A stretch of DNA of 64,000 nucleotides from Schmidtea polychroa (taxonomy: Eukaryota). A program made the translations under genes and the position numbers. Shown piece after piece: positions 62,647 to 64,000 of this stretch. A model generated the notes under the pieces. The model saw nothing but the letters and a program-made list of their open reading frames with translations. It was not told where the DNA came from and did not search any database. How positions within the stretch are numbered: the first letter of the stretch is position 1; each line of letters begins with the position of its first letter. The stretch is from positions 6,014,001 to 6,078,000 of the forward strand of contig CM097886.1 of the NCBI GenBank assembly GCA_044892525.1, written 5' to 3'.

Positions 62647-63570
62647 CTTGAAAAACTCGCTGAAACTATGAGGTTTAAGTGATTGACTGTGATAAGTGTT
62701 TCTTTTCATAAGGCTTGAATTTTCTTCATCTGATCCAAATGAAAAGTCTGATGAGTCATCTTCGCCTGATTTTGTCGAAATTATACTGCCTTGTTCTTTG
62801 GCTTTTGCCATGTCTTCTTTGCGTTTTAATGTTTTTTCTCTACGCAATTGGTCCTTGTAATAATCGGCAAAATTGTTGACAATTATCGGAATCGGTAAGG
62901 CAATAACGAGGACACCACATATACAACAAAATGAACCCACAAATTTCCCCAATGCTGATTCTGGTACCATATCTCCATAACCCACTGTTGTCATTGTGAT
63001 AATGGCCCACCAAAATGTTGCTGGAATACTGATAAATTTTCCACCTTCATCTTTCTCGGCAAAATAAATTAAACTTGAGAATAGTAATACACCTAAGGCT
63101 ATGAACATAACCAACATTCCAAGTTCTTTATAACTTTTCTGAAGAGTGTATCCTAACGCTTGCAAACCGGTTGAATGACGAGCTAACTTCAATATTCTCA
63201 AAACTCGCAAAATTCTGAACACTTGAATAACTTTTCTCATAGAATCCAATGACTGGGTCAGATGGTGAAAATAATTCGTAAAGATTACTGAAATGTAATA
63301 AGGAAAAATAGCTAAAATATCAATCATATTCATCGGGGATTTGAGGAAATTCTTTTTGTTGGGACAAGAAAATAATCGACAAACGTATTCGAATGTAAAC
63401 CAGGTTATGCAAATGGTTTCGATTCTATCCAAAAGATGCGTTTCATTTCCATTAGTTTGAGTTGAATTTGATGCAAATGTAATGTTACTAGCTCCTCCAA
63501 ATTCAGTCGTACCTATCACCAGGCAGATTATGGAAATGAGGATAAATAAGACCGACATGACAGCAATAAT
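62647..63570 (-). CDS. Shab: Voltage-gated K+ channel Kv2/Shab, S1-S6 exon (T1 exon outside window)
   Basis: [19 protein letters not shown] (S4), TMTTVGYGD (pore), [11 protein letters not shown] (Kv2-specific S6); AG acceptor at 63571-63572, AAG|GT donor at 62647. Confidence 0.93.
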
Positions 63571-64000
63571 CTAGAAAAAAAAATATTTTCTCATTATTAA
63601 CACTATTATTTTTATTATAATTATAATAATTATTATAAAATGATGATTTCTTGGTAGTAGCTTTTATTATTTAAAACAATAAAATGATAATTTAAGCCTT
63701 TTGCTGCAAATAATGTATTTAATAAAAAAATTTTCGACTATAAGATTGTTTTATATAATAATTATTATTATTATTTTTATTATTTATTATTATTGATTTT
63801 ATTATTATTATTATTAAATTAATAATGATAATTATAATAATATAATTATAGCATGGCAAGGATAATAAAAAATTAATTATTTCATCGAAATTCATTTGTT
63901 CAGTCAATAACAAAGTTAATTAATCTGGAATTTTAATCCTTGCTGAAATTGCTGGCTAATTCCAATACAGGAAACTGAATTTGTAATGGAGTTTATAGAG

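Overview
AT-rich eukaryotic (animal) genomic DNA with three N-gaps (2947-3082, 6623-7089, 10439-10807); no prokaryotic features. Three host genes can be assembled by hand: a lophotrochozoan Post2-type posterior Hox gene (minus, 7783-11570), TMEM231 (plus, 6 exons, 16233-24138, 309 aa) and the 3' part of a Kv2/Shab channel (minus, 56592-63570). Post2, 45-56 bp introns and AT-richness suggest a flatworm such as a planarian (inference). Between about 28.3 and 54 kb lies a dense transposon island. It holds a very compact Ty3/gypsy element with TA..TA termini and a canonical -1 frameshift signal, an intact DD34E IS630/Tc1-like transposon, and RLE-type non-LTR remnants. It also holds an 11.7-kb pol-less LTR element (36280-47983) carrying host-gene cargo (GT31 galactosyltransferase, GPCR-like fragments). 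Nested in that element is the best candidate for an undescribed system, a recently inserted 4.5-kb BEL/Pao-derived LTR element (38982-43506). It encodes a probably non-cleavable ubiquitin-Gag fusion, and both of its LTRs carry a proteasome alpha subunit (PSMA6-like) ORF that sits one base out of frame from the Ub-Gag ORF. A short related solo LTR without the proteasome insert lies in the Kv2 intron. All identities are hand alignments against sequences recalled from memory, not database results.
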